From: Octopus vulgaris | Taxonomy: Eukaryota | DNA: 64,000 nt | NCBI GenBank assembly: GCA_951406725.2 | Contig: OX597836.1 | Coordinates: 30,752,001 to 30,816,000, forward strand | Reading direction: 5' to 3' | Shown: one piece after another, positions 36,108 through 49,757 of the stretch | Numbering within the stretch: position 1 is the first letter of the stretch | How the letters are laid out: each line of letters starts with the position of its first letter | Translations under genes and position numbers: made by a program | The notes under the pieces: model-generated | Seen by the model: the letters and a program-made list of their open reading frames with translations, nothing else | Databases searched by the model: none | Told to the model about the DNA's origin: nothing

Positions 36108-38506
36108 ACAACAGTAGCCCTTCCTTTACCCGATTCTCATTGACATGGAAGTTTAGCAGCCCCTGTTCCCACTCCTACTATGCATTAGTCAATGTAAGTG
36201 GGAAAAAAAAAGATAAAGATGTACAGTCAAACACCTCAGCTGTAGCAGGGTTGTGGGGGGTGATATAGACCCCGCTTCCACCTCTCACATAATACATGCA
36301 CACATACAGACACATCACCTTCAGTCACTAGCTAGACCAAGCTTGTTACTTGTCTATACTGGTACAGCTCTAGGGATTAACCTGTCAGCTAGATGATAAT
36401 ACTACCTTCTGGCTCTTTTAAATTATAATTAACTTGCACTTGGTTTTTTTTAAAACAGTCCACCTAGCAGAATAGATAGAAAACTGAACTGAATAAATAT
36501 ATTTGGTAAAAATTTTGAAATATTTATCCAATATTTTGAGAGAAATTAAGTAAGCTGGCAGAATTGTTTGCATGCTGGGCAAAATGCTTAGAGGAATTTC
36601 ATCTTTACATTCATCATCATCATCATCGTTTAACGTCCGTTTTCCATGCTAGCATGGGTTGGATGGTTCGACCGGGGTTTGGGAAGCCAGGAGGCTGCAC
36701 CAGGCTCCAGTCTGATCTGGCAGTGTTTCTACAGCTGGATGCCCTTCCTAACGCCAACCACTCCATGAGTGTAGTGGGTGCTTTTTACGTGCCATCGGGC
36801 CAGAGGAGGCTGGCTAACGGCCATGATCGATCGGTACTTTTACGTGTCATCGACACAGACGCCAGTCAGGCGGTGCTGGCATCTGCCACGTTCTGAGTTC
36901 AAATTCCATGAAGGTCAACTTTGCCATTCATCCTTCTGAGGTTGATAAAATAAGTAACAGTTGAGCACTGGGGTTGATGTAATCAATTTATTTAGGTATT
37001 TAACATTCATTGTACAAGACAGAATTTATAAATTCCGTCTGACCCATACAAGCAAGGTAAAATATATATGTTAAATACCTACATACACTAATGGATATCT
37101 CTCAATCTGAGAAAGACAATTCTGAATTTCTTGCTATATAACTTGCACAGGTGAATTGTTTGTAGTGATCATAAGCCTACTCTCTCCATCAAATTGATAT
37201 TACCTGTGCAGGTGCATTTCAGGTGTCAAACTGATTGTAGAGCCATATGAAGTGTTTTGCTTTAGAGCAAAATGCCCAGTCCAGAAATTGAACCCATGAT
37301 CTTAGGATTATGTATGCATCAGCCTAACCATTAGGCCACATGGCTCACAACATACATACACTCATATACCCACGCAAACATACACACATGCACTCACATT
37401 TAAGTAAATATAGACATACGCAAACAGCACCTGTGCTGTGGCATGTAAAAGCACCCATTACACTCGCAGAGTGGTTGGTATTAGGAAGGGCATCCAGCCA
37501 TAGAAAACCATGCCAAATCAGACTGGAGTCTGGTGCAGCCTATCCAGCTTACCAGCCCTGGTCAAACCATCCAACCCATGCCAGCATGGACAATGGAAGT
37601 TAAATGATAATGATGATGATGATGATGATGATGGTGGTGGTGATGATGATGATGATGCATCAGACTTCTACACTGTTTCTGCCTAACAAGTTCCACTTTC
37701 AAAGTACATTTGCTAAAGGTGCTGTGCAGTGGGACCAAAGCCAGAAGTACATCTCTTACTGCTTTTCAATAAATATACATTTAAAGAGCAAGCGACAAAG
37801 AGAGAGACAGAGACAGAGAAGACAGAGTGAGAGAGAGAGAGAGATGCATATTTGCAATTGTCTATACTTACAATCCAAAGTAATGTTCTTGAATATTTCT
37901 ATATTGCTTTCCCCAAATCCATTTCTATGGGAACCATTTGTATCCATGTCTATGTGTCTATGTCTTCATGGCATTGAACGATTGGCTTATTATTTACCAA
38001 CTGATTGATTGCACCCATTAACCTAGACTGTTACAACATATCTCCAAATGGACTCTTTGTTTTCTAGATTTCCTCTTTTCATTGGGTGATTCCGCTCCTC
38101 TCTTACCTTACACCTTAAAATTCATCTCATTTTTCTTTATTGTGCTTTTTCCTCATTTTGTTTTCTGTCTGATTACTATTTTGGCCAGTTTTTTGGGGGT
38201 TGAAAAGGATATTTCATACCTTTCTTTTTCTTATTCTGTTTTTCTTATTACAGTTTCTTTTAGTTTTTTGTTTTGTCCTTTTTAAAAAAAATTGTCCTCG
38301 TCTTAGTCTTTTTCTCATATTAAATATTTCCCCATGACTGTATGGTTAATAAGCTTGCTTTGCGACCATGTAGCTTCAGGTTCAGTCCCACCATATGACA
38401 TCTTGGAGCAAGTATCTTCTCCTATAACTCTGAGCTGACCAATGCCTTGTGAATGAATTTAATAGATGGAAACTGTGTAGAAGACTGTCATATATATATA
38501 TGATGA

Positions 38507-38544
<38 letters not shown>

Positions 38545-38560
38545 ATGTATATATATATAT

Positions 38561-38922
38561 ATACTCTTTTACTTGTTTCAGTCATGCTGGAGCACTGCCT
38601 TTAGTCGAGCAAATCGACCCCAGGACTTGTTCTTTGTAAGCCTAGTACTTATTCTATCGGTTTCTTTTGCCGAACCACTAAGTTACTGGGACGTAAACAC
38701 ACCAGTATCGGTTGTTAAGTGATGTTGGACACACACACACACACATACACATATATATGATGGGCTTCTTTCAGTTTCCATCGACCAAATCCACTCACAA
38801 AGCTTTGGTCGGCCCGAGGCTATAGTAGAAGACACTTGCCCGAGGTGCCACGCAGTGGGACTGAACCCGGAACCATGTGGTTGGTAAGCAAGCTGCTTAC
38901 CACACAGCCACTCCTGCGCCTA
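38561..38922 (-). mobile_element. SINE family A
   Basis: Full-length reverse copy. Confidence 0.82.
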
Positions 38923-39656
38923 TGCGCATATATATATATATATGTATGTATGTACATATACACACACACGTGTGTGTGTGTTTGTCTTGCATCATCATCA
39001 TCATTGTTAAACATCCATTTTCCATGTTGGCATGGGTTGGATGGTTTGACAGGAACTACCCCAGGTTCCATACTCTGTTTTGGCCTGGTTTCTACAGTTG
39101 GATGCCCTTCCTAATGCCAACCACTTTGCAGAATGTGCTGGGTGCTTTTTACATGGCACCAGCACCAGTGCTTTTAATGTGGGACCGTCACCTGTGCTCT
39201 TTACATGGCACCATCACCAGTGCTTTTTATGTGGCACCATCACCACTCCTCTTTGTGTGCCACCAGTGCTTTTTACGTGGAACCAGTGCTTTTTACGTGG
39301 CACCGACGCCAGTGCTTTTTATGTGGCACCAGCACCATTGCTCTTTATGTGGCACCAGCAGACAATCAATGTTGATTTGTTCTTGTCCCTGTAACTTAAT
39401 GATTCATCAGAAGAGAATGGTCAAATAAATTCTCAGCTTGAAAAAAATGAGTACTGAGGCCGAATTGTTTGATTAACCTTTCAAGAGAGTGCTCCATTAT
39501 GGCCACAGCCAAATGACTGACACAAATAAAAGATAAATGTTACATTTTTTAAAATCAAGTCATTTTTTTAAAGTTTTTATTATTAAAATTATTTTTCTCT
39601 TTATTGTGTTTCTTTTTCTCATTTTTTTTTTGTTTCTTCTATTTTCTTCTTTCTAG

Positions 39657-39819
39657 AGTGATTAAAACTTTTGAAAATCTTGTGGAGGAGAGCGTATCTA
39701 AAAAATCTGATGGGCAAACATTACAGAATAAAGAAAACATAACAGAGGAAAGTACAACAAATGTAACAGAGGAAAGCACAACAAATGCAACGGAGGAGAA
39801 AACAATGCAAAATGATACG
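39657..39819 (+). CDS. DNAJC21: DNAJC21 exon with 8-aa tandem repeat
   Basis: Long pyrimidine tract with ctag acceptor, phase 2. Encodes VIKTFENLVEESVSKKSDGQTLQNKENITEESTTNVTEESTTNATEEKTMQNDT. Donor ACG|gtatgt (phase 0). Confidence 0.82.
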
Positions 39820-39853
39820 GTATGTGGCGGAAATATTCTTGGTCCTTATCTTG

Positions 39854-40259
39854 TACTCTTTTACTTGTTTCAGTCATTTGACTGTGGCCATGCTGGAGCA
39901 CCGCCTTTAGTCGAGCAAATCGACCCCAGGGCTTATTCTTTGGAAGCCTAGTACTTATTCTATCGGTCTCTTTTGCCGAACTGCTAAGTTATGGGGATGT
40001 AAACACACCAGCATCTGTTGTCAAGCAATGTTGGGGGTACAAACACAGACACACAAACATATACACACACATACATATATATATATATGTACATATATAC
40101 GATGGGCTTCTTTCAGTTTCCATCTACCAAATCCACTCTCAAAGCTTTGGTTGGCCCGAGGCTATAGTAGAAGACACTAGCCCAAGGTGCCACGCAGTGG
40201 GAATGAACCCAGAACCATGTGGTTGATAAGCAAGCTACTTACTACACAGCCATTCCTGC
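39854..40259 (-). mobile_element. SINE family A
   Basis: Full-length reverse copy starting 35 nt after the DNAJC21 donor at 39819. Confidence 0.85.
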
Positions 40260-41066
40260 TTGTGTATATATTTTGTATTTTTTTTATCACTGTTGTTGTT
40301 GCTGTAGTTTAATCTCAGGTCAGCCCTAATTCAGTAGTCATATAAACAAGAGTTCCAACCATGACTCACTCATCAATATGTCCTCTCCGTATGAAACCTT
40401 TGAGCATTTAAACTGGCCATATCTGCCACAAGTACTTTACCTGTTAGTGTTCAAAGTGGCCAGATCTGGCCTCTCACATGCACCTTACAATGTTATTCTA
40501 AAAACAAACAATCACATCATTAGAATCTTGAAGCTGTGAGATAATGTTTGGTTAATTCAAAACAATGTCAATAAATAAGCTTTACATTTGAAAGGGTAAT
40601 CTGCATGTGAAAGGGTCAAGACATAACAATATTGTGAGCATGATTGGTGGGAGATTTGACTGCTATATCTAGCAGACTGAGTAATCATGCAGAGTTTCAC
40701 TCATAGTTGTTTAACCTCAGGTGTAATTGAGCAGACTTATGATCTAAGACATTCCTGCCATGATCATCTCATCTTTCTTTAAGGCATAACATAAGATAGT
40801 AGTTAATTAATGACTATTTCTATCTCCTCATATTTAATTAATTGATTTAGCTGTTGCCAGACTTAATTAATAGATAAATGAAATGTTTTGTAAGTAGTGT
40901 TACTCTATATGTTAGTATACAGGCTGGAATTTGAATCTTAAAAAAAGTCACCTCAAAATCAGGGGTCATCTTAAACACCATATATAAACTCCGGACATTG
41001 ACATGTTATGGTTTAGGGTGTTACCAGTGTGTCACAACCCAAACATAGCTCTACTGATAGTCGAGT

Positions 41067-41465
41067 AGCTGTGTGGTAAGTAGCTTGTTTACCAACCACA
41101 TGGTTCCGGGTTCAGTTCCACTGCGTGGCACCTTGGGCAAGTGTCTTCTACTATAGCCTCGGGCCGACCAAAGCCCTGTGAGTGGATTTGGTAGACGGAA
41201 ACTGAAAGAAGCCCGTCGTATATATGTATATATATATGAGTGTATGTGTGTCTGTGTTTGTCCCCCTAGCATTGCTTGACAACCGATGCTGGTGTGTTTA
41301 TGTCCCCGTTACTTAGCGGTTCGGCAAAAGAGACCGATAGAATAAGTACTGGGCTTACAAAAGAATAAGTCCCGGGATCGAATTGCTCGATTAAAGGTGG
41401 TGCTCCAGCATGGCCGCAGTCAAATGACTGAAACAAGTAAAAGAGTAAAAAAAGAGTAAAAGAGT
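41067..41465 (+). mobile_element. SINE family A
   Basis: Near full-length, CpG-retaining (probably young) copy. Confidence 0.85.
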
Positions 41466-42069
41466 AATATAGAGTTTACAAACTAAATAAAAAATATGCA
41501 GTGTACTTTCATCATTATCATCATCATCATCATTTAATATCCATCTTCTATGCTGGTATGGATTGGACGATTTGACAAGAGCTGGTCAGGCAGAAGGTTG
41601 CACTAGGCTTCTGTGTCTGTTTTGGCATGGTTTTTATGGCTGGATGCCCTTTGTAACACCCCCAGAGTGGCTGAATTTTTTTTACATGGCACAAGCACAG
41701 ATGGTGTCACTTTATCAACATATTTTAAAACATGTTTCCAGCAAAAGCACTTGGCAATAAGGATGATGTTCCAAATGTCACAGAGGCTTTGGGACTCCAC
41801 CTCAGGCACCTCCCAACCACTGCATCGAGGGAAAATACTGCCAAGTAGTCTTATACAGCAAGTATAACTCAAAGCTTACATCTTAAAAGGAAATTCTAGT
41901 ATCATCTTATACACCCAATTGGCTTATACACTAGCATCATCATTTCATCATCATTTAATGTCCATTTTCCATATTGGATGGTTTTTAACAGGAGCTTGCA
42001 AGCTCGAGAGCTGCATCAGGCTCTAATTTTCTGTTTTGGCATGGTGTCTATGGCCAACCACTTTACAGA

Positions 42070-42935
42070 GTGTATTGGGTGCTTTTTATGTGGCACTAGC
42101 ATACGTGCTTTTTTATGTGGGACCAGCACAGGTGCTTTTTGCATGGCACCAACATGGGTGTTTTTTATGTGGCACCCAGCATGAGTACTTCTTACGTGGC
42201 ACCAACATGAGTGCTTTTTATGTGGCACCCACCATGTGTGCTTTTTATGTGGCACCAGCACAAGTGATTTTTATGTGACACCAGCATGAGTACTTCTTAC
42301 GTGGCACCAACATGGGTGTTTTTTATGTGGCACCCAGCATGAGTACTTCTTACGTGGCACCAACATGGGTGTTTTTTATGTGTCACCAGCATGGGTACTT
42401 TTTACGTGGCACCAACATGGGTGTTTTTTATGTGGCACCCTGCATGAGTGCTTCTTACGTGGCACCAACATGGGTGTTTTTTATGTGGCACCCAGCATGA
42501 GTGCTTTTTACGTGGCACCAACATGGGTGTTTTTTATGTGGCACCCAGCATGAGTGCTTTTTACGTGGCACCAACATGGGTGTTTTTTATGTGGCACCCA
42601 GCATGAGTGCTTTTTACGTGGCACCAACATGGGTGTTTTTTATGTGTCACCAGCATGGGTACTTTTTACGTGGCACCAACATGGGTGTTTTTTATGTGGC
42701 ACCCAGCATGAGTGCTTCTTACGTGGCACCAACTTGGGTGCTTTTTATGTGGCACCCAGCATGAGTGCTTTTTACGTGGCACCAACATGGGTGTTTTTTA
42801 TGTGGCACCCAGCATGAGTGCTTTTTACGTGGCACCAACATGGGTGTTTTTTATGTGACACCAGCATGAATACTTTTTACGTGGCACCAACATGGGTGCC
42901 TTTGATGTGGAACCCAGCATGGGTGCTTTTTACCC
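42070..42935. repeat. 26/27-bp minisatellite with 53-bp higher-order unit, derived from the family-C internal repeat
   Basis: Alternating gtggcaccaacatgggtgttttttat and gtggcacccagcatgagtgctttttac units. A smaller related array lies at ~39140-39360. Confidence 0.9.
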
Positions 42936-43073
42936 AGCCTATACAATAAATCAACTAAAATATATCTCTATCTTGTCACATTTAATTAATAGATTTACTT
43001 AAAAAAGCAACAAAATGCTATGTAATTTGCCATATGTCGACTAAGAAATCTCTCTCTATCTTGTTTTCTACAG

Positions 43074-43235
43074 GCATTGCATTTTTGTAACGTATGTGGT
43101 AAAGATTATCCTTCACGGAACAAACTATTCGATCATCTGAAGGAAACAGGACATCAAAGCAGGCTCACTAAGAATGCAGCCCCCACAGTACAAGGAAAAT
43201 CATCAAAGAAAACCAAAAAGAAAGAGAAAAGATGA
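43074..43235 (+). CDS. DNAJC21: DNAJC21 terminal coding exon, second C2H2 zinc finger
   Basis: ttttctacag acceptor, phase 0. Encodes ALHFCNVCGKDYPSRNKLFDHLKETGHQSRLTKNAAPTVQGKSSKKTKKKEKR followed by TGA. SRNKLFDHLKxTGH is the DNAJC21/Jjj1 C-terminal finger signature. Confidence 0.95.
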   Translation, partial: ALHFCNVCGKDYPSRNKLFDHLKETGHQSRLTKNAAPTVQGKSSKKTKKKEKR

Positions 43236-43285
43236 TAATGAAACACAAATATTTAATGATTTAAGCAAATTCTTTATTATTTTTC

Positions 43286-43291
43286 AATAAA
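43286..43291 (+). terminator. Candidate poly(A) signal of DNAJC21
   Basis: AATAAA about 50 nt after the stop codon, followed by a GT/T-rich tract (ctttgttttgttttgttt). The hexamer is common in AT-rich DNA. Confidence 0.45.
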
Positions 43292-44852
43292 TTAATGAAG
43301 TATATTATCGCTTTGTTTTGTTTTGTTTTATAATGAAAATAAGCTCAGATGTTGACATTGTTTCTACTGCCTGTGGCAGAATAATGTACTATAAGATGGT
43401 TGGTAATAGGAAGAACGACCTGCCTTAAATACTTTGTCAAAAAGAAAACATGACATATGCTAAATAATTTGAATTGCTGTTTTAGTCTTTTGATACGTGT
43501 ACCAGATGATGAAGGACCGTGACATGTGGTGTTCCTTGTTTGTAGTCTTCTGCAAAAACATGTCCAGCCGTGGAAAAATATTGCCTTCCTTGGAAATATG
43601 CAAGGGTTGGCAAATGCAAAGGCATCTGGTTATGGGAAATCTTTCCCAATGAATTGTCTGATCCATGCAAGCATGGTTAAATGGAAATTAAACTGGGTGT
43701 AGTCGTTGTTGCCATCATCATCATCTGCTTTCCAGCCATTCAAGAATTTGGAACTGGAGATCTCCATTTCCAGCGACTTCAAGGGCCACCTCCCAGTGGT
43801 GTCAGGTGTCAACGAAGAGCCCTTGACTACAAGACAACCAAAGTTTTTTTTTCTCCAAGGTCTTGGGTCTCCTGCCCCTAAGCCCTAGACCATCACCTAA
43901 TCACCCTTACCCATCTTGTTGCTTAACAACAACAACAATCTGCTTTCCATGTTGGCATGGGTTACACTGTTTGACCGAAACTGGTAAACTGGAGAACTGT
44001 ACCAGGTTCCAATCTGGTTCCTACAGCTGGATGCCCTTCCTGACGCCAACAACTCCAAGAGTATAATGAGTGCTTTTTATATGCCACCAGCATGGATGCC
44101 AGTTACATGACACCAGCATTAACCATGACTATGATTTCATTTGGCTTGAGGGGTCTTCTCAAGCATGGCATATTGCCAAAGGCCTCAGTCAGGGTTGCCT
44201 CCATAAAACCGAACATTTGAAGGTTGCTTTTAATGTGCTTGCTGCATCGACCACAACAATGGTTTCGCTAGGCTTGACAGGTTTTTTTCAAGCACAGCAT
44301 ATCGCCAAAGGTCTCAGTCACTTGTCATTGCCTCCTTGAAGCAATGGGTTTCACTTTTCACTTACAATGGAATTTTGTGAGACCGCTGTGCAATATTGTT
44401 GTGTCATTGTTTAATGTGGATGACATCTCTTGCAAAGGAAATCTTGAATTGTGAGAGAGTTATAACCTGACAGCCAGCAAGTCATGAAATACTGTATAGT
44501 AGTATTCTTTTTAATTTTTTTTGTTTATTAAATGACAATATTTATTAAAAAAAAAATTAAAACCTTGTTCAATTTTGTGCTAAAACCCCTCTTACACCTC
44601 AAGACTATTTAATGCCAGTCTGGATTGACATCTTGCGCTTGAGATCTCACATTTTTTTTTATCATGTGATGAGTCATAATAATTCTAAAAAATTGCCTGG
44701 GGGAGGAATTAACTGAAGCTGTTGTTACCTTTGTGGAAGAAGCAAATCAAAGTGTCCATTCTTTGTTTGTAGTATTGAGACTACTACTACTACTACTACT
44801 ACTACCAACACCACTACTACCACCACCACTACTACTATCATCACTGTTACTA

Positions 44853-45702
44853 ATAATCTTTTCTAACATAGAGGCACAGGGTCGAAATTTTGTAGGAGGG
44901 AGCTAGATGATTATATTGACCCCAATGCTCAACTGGTACTTATTTTACTGACCCTGAAAGGATGACAGGTGAAGTCAACCCCAGCAGACTTTGGGCTCCA
45001 AATGTAAAGAGAAGGAAGAAATGCCACTAAGCAATTTTTCCAACATGCCAGCAATTCTCCTAGCTCACTGCCTTATAATAATACTACTATTGCTAATAGT
45101 AATTCTTGGTAAAATGGACACAAGGCATGAAATTTTGAAGAAAAGTGGTTAGTTGATTACACTAACCCCAGTGCTCAACTAGTATTTATTTTATTGATCC
45201 CAAAAGGATGAAAGGCAAAGCCAACCTCAATGATATTTGATATCGAAACAAAAGCCAGAAGAAATGAGGCTAAACAATTTGTTCAGCATGTTAACAAGTC
45301 TGCCTGCTCACCACCTTATAATAATAATAATAATAATAATAATCCTTTCAATATTAACCAAAATGAAGTAGATTGACAAATTTATTTTTTGAACCAGTCG
45401 AACACACACAAGATGTCGAAATATCGTTCACTAGATAACAATGGCACTCTTCTTTTAATTTTTAATAATTATAATAATAATTATAATAATCCTTTCTATT
45501 GGAGGCACAAGGCCTCAAATTTGTGGAGAGGGGACTAGTTGATTACATTGACCCCAGTGTTTCACTGGTACTTAATTTATTGAGCCTGAAAGGATGAAAG
45601 GCAAAGTTGACCTTGGCAGAATTTGAACTCAAGCTGTAGTGACAGATAAAGTACTGCTAAGCATTTCATCCAGTGTGTTAACAATTCTGCTAGCTTTTCA
45701 CC

Positions 45703-45735
<33 letters not shown>

Positions 45736-46105
45736 GTTTCAAATTTTAGCACAGAGCCAGCAATTTCAGGGGAGGGGCTAAGTCAATTAAATCAACCCCA
45801 GTGCTCAACTGGTACTTGTTTTTTTTTACCCTGGAAAGATGAAAGGCAAAGTCAAATGCAGCAGCATTTGAAACCAGAATGTAAAAATGCTACTAAGCAT
45901 TTTGCCTGGCATGCTAACAGTTCTGCCTGCTCACCACCTTATAATAATAATAATAATAATAATAATAATCCTTTCTACTATAGGCACAGGGGCTGAAATT
46001 TGTGAGGAAGAGATTAAGTCGATTACATCAACCTCAATACGTAACTGGTACTTATTTAATCAACCCCAAAAAGATGAAAGGGAAAATCGACAGAATTTGA
46101 ACTCT
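44853..46105 (-). mobile_element. Head-to-tail cluster of five family-B' SINEs
   Basis: Units start at ~44855, 45115, 45489, 45736 and 45968, all in the same orientation and separated by (AAT)n. Confidence 0.8.
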
Positions 46106-47389
46106 GCCTGTTTCCTATGAGCATAGTATGCTTGCATATGTATGCCCAGGGTTAACATAGGTAATTTATACTGGTAGTAAAATGGATATTCTTATCCCTT
46201 AGATGGTTATTCCAACTGCTAACTCTACTAACCTTATATATATATATATACACACACATACATGTGTCACCTGGTAGGTATACCAGAAAATATGTAGCTA
46301 GTTTGACCAGCAAAATAAACAATAGGCCCAGCAGATGTTTAACTCATTACAGTTCCAGTGTTGTAAACAACATACGGGAATGTCATTAAAAATTTTGTCT
46401 TTGGTGCCTTTTCTCTAACAGATATTAGTACAGATGATGCACCCACTAGCAATCCAATGACTATAAGACAACCAAAATAATGGTTGTAGGAATGGCTATG
46501 GAGTGTGAACATGGTGACAAATTCAGTCCACACAACAACTCACGTGAACTGCTAAGCAGATTCACTTGACTTAAATATTTTCTTTTCTGTCATTCACTAT
46601 AATGAGATATTGTTTTATAAATGATAAGTATTTTGTACATTTTCTGGCATACAAACCTATGTAGTATATAGTGTAAACATTCAAACATCGTTGCTGCATT
46701 TCAAAGTCATCTTGATGTATAAGTTGACTTGTGTGCCAGGAAACATGGGAATAACAAAAACAAATTCTTAGTGTGTTTATCAGATTTGAATGGGTTAATT
46801 GCTTGCTGATATCATCAATCCTTGACAGTATTCTGTTTGCTGTTACTGTTATTTTTACATATAAACACAATTGATTCAGGTTTGATTCTTAAGCAGTGAA
46901 CTTGTGTTTGGGGATTCTACCAAATATTCCTGCCGCAAGACTCTTTCCAGTGAAATGACTGGAAATGGTGAAGTGAATGAAATGAGAAAACTGCAGGAAG
47001 TGTAAATATGAAGTACGAGCAAAACGCCCACCCCTGTCCAATGGACAGTGCTGAGTTTAAACCAAATTTTCTCAAAAGAACTTGTCTGACCGTCCCAAAG
47101 GCCTCCCCTTTGAGAAACACTGATTTAACCTAAATTTGAGACACCAGCAAAAGAAGAAATAAAGATAGACTTTTTTTCTATTCCAAAGAAAAATGGTTTT
47201 ATTCACACAAATATGCAACCGAAGAGTTTAAAGTACCAGTAATAATAAGGCTGTTGACTGGGAGAACACAAACATGGTTTAAACAGTAAGCTTGGCAGGA
47301 ATGAAACGTGCCTTTAAGCAGTACAAAAACAACAAAAAAATGGAAGGTGCAGTTATGTACAGGTTGACAGAAGAAAAGCAGGACAAAAA

Positions 47390-47564
47390 CAGCTTTATCG
47401 ATCGCATTCTCACCTGGAATCGATTTTTGTAATTTTTTCAAGACTTATACACGCCCTGATACTGTCGATATCTACATATCAAATTTGAGCACAATCGGAT
47501 GGAGGGTGCCCAAGATCCTAGAAGACACACACACAGACAGACAGAACGGATTTTATATAATAGA
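47390..47564 (-). mobile_element. Helitron-like 5' fragment
   Basis: Minus strand begins A|TCTATTATATAAAA followed by (TGTC)n and ccgattgtgctcaaatttg, similar in layout to 27121. The 3' end was not located. Confidence 0.45.
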
Positions 47565-49264
47565 TGTGCAGGAATATGCATCAGAATGGATGAATGCAAG
47601 AATAGGAGTGTTGGCTAAATTGTATAGATAGCAACCAGGTGGTCTAACTAAAAAGAGGTGGAGTATTGGCTGAAGCTATTTTCTGTGCACATTGCAGTAC
47701 TGTCTTGTGTGAAATACTGTAAAAGCTTGAGATGTAAGAACCTGCATAGCCAGGAGTGTGGAAAATATGCAAGAGAATCCAGGATTATAGTTGAATATTA
47801 GGCCAGAGTGTGGAGACACATAGCTTAGTGCAGCATTTTTCAAACTGTGGGTCCCAACCCTTCAGTGAGTCGTGAAATAAATAAAAGGGATTACGACAGA
47901 AAAGTTTGAAAAATGCTGGCTTAGTGGTTAGGGTGTTGGACTCATGATTATAAGATTGTGGTTTCAATTCCTAGACTGTGTGAAGTGCTGTGGTCTTGAA
48001 TAAAACACTTCATTTCATGTTGCTCCAGTCCAACTAGCTGGCAAAATGAGTAATCTTGTGATGGGCACCTACAGAATCTTTTTCTACACTAGGTACAAGG
48101 CCCAAACTTTTGGGGAAAAGGGCCAGTCGATTAGATTGATACCCAGTATGCAACTGGTACTTAATTTATCAACCTTGAAAGGATGAAAGGCAAAGTCGAC
48201 CTCAGTGGAATTTGAACTCAGAGCATAAGGACAGACAAAATACCACTAAGAATTTCGCCCAGCTCACAGAATCTGTGAAACCACCCTTATGGGTCTATAT
48301 GACCCAGAAAGGAGTTATTAGGCTACCGTATAATTCTAAAGATACTAGGAATGAAAACCTGTAGATTTGCGAATACATGTGTATATGTGAATCAGTTGTA
48401 TGAAACCAAATGTTTTCAATTTCTAGGCAGTAAGTGAAAGTTTGGAACTCTGCCAGATATTCCTGCTACAACTATCTTACAAAGTCTACGTTTTCCATGC
48501 AGCCATTGCAACAGTAATTTTGATTTATCTTTCATTTGTTGCAGTCATTAGACTGCAGCCATATTGTGGCACCACCTTGAAGAAATTTTGACAAACAAAT
48601 CAACCCAGGTACTTATTATGCTTTTTGTAAAGCCTGGCACTTAGTCTATCAGTCTCTTTTGTTGAATGGCTAAGTTACAGGAACATAAACACACCAATAT
48701 TAGATGTGAAGTGGTTGTAGGGGACAAACGGACACAAAATCACACACACAAACATATACACACACATATACAATGGGCTTCTTTCAGTTTCCATCAACCA
48801 AACCCACTCACAAGACTTTTGTTTCCCTGAGGCAAAAGTTCAGACACTTGCCTAAGGTGCCAGGTGCCATGCAGAAGGACTCAACCTGGAACCATGCGAT
48901 TGGGAAGCAAACTGCTTACCATACAGTCACACCTACACCTACAATTAATTGCAAATTCTTTTTTCATTGAATCATCAATCCAACAGGTTTCCAGGTACCT
49001 AATCCTCAGCCTTATATGGCATACACATCAAACTGCTACATAAGACCTTTGCAGCTATATGCCATCCAATTCATTTTGATAACCATTTTTTGGGGGGTTT
49101 TTTTCAATGTACACAAACGTGACATCTTATTTTAAGTTACTAAATACAATTTACAGTGGATAGGGCACCCAGGAGAAATGTTTGGATAGAAAATACCTGG
49201 CCTAAAACTGGCCTCTGCTTGTTTCTTCTGCATTAACCTGAAATATACTGGTCTCTCCTTGTTT

Positions 49265-49339
49265 ATCTTATACATATACATGCATACACACACACATATA
49301 TACAGATATATATATGTGTGTATATATGAATAATTAATT

Positions 49340-49387
<48 letters not shown>

Positions 49388-49725
49388 CATATCTATATGT
49401 ATATGTGTGTATGTATATATATATATACACACACACACACACATATATATATGTACATACACACATACACACACACATATATATATTTATATATATATAT
49501 AGTATGTGTGTGTGTGTGTGTGTGCACATTTGTTTGTGTGTGCATGCGAGTATGTGTGTGTATGTGTGTCTATGTATGAGTATGTGTTAGTGAATGTGTG
49601 CATGTATGTATGTGTGTGTGTATGTATGTGTATGTATAAATGTGAGTGTGTGTGTGTATGCGTATGTTGTTGTATTAGTAGTGGTGGTGATGATGAGGAT
49701 GATAGTGGTGGTGGTGGTGGTGGCG

Positions 49726-49757
<32 letters not shown>

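Noticed and set aside
42070-42935. CRISPR-like appearance of the regular arrays (also 30265-30507 and 12935-13118)
   Set aside because: The units are contiguous with no unique spacers, there are no cas genes, and the context is a eukaryotic intron.
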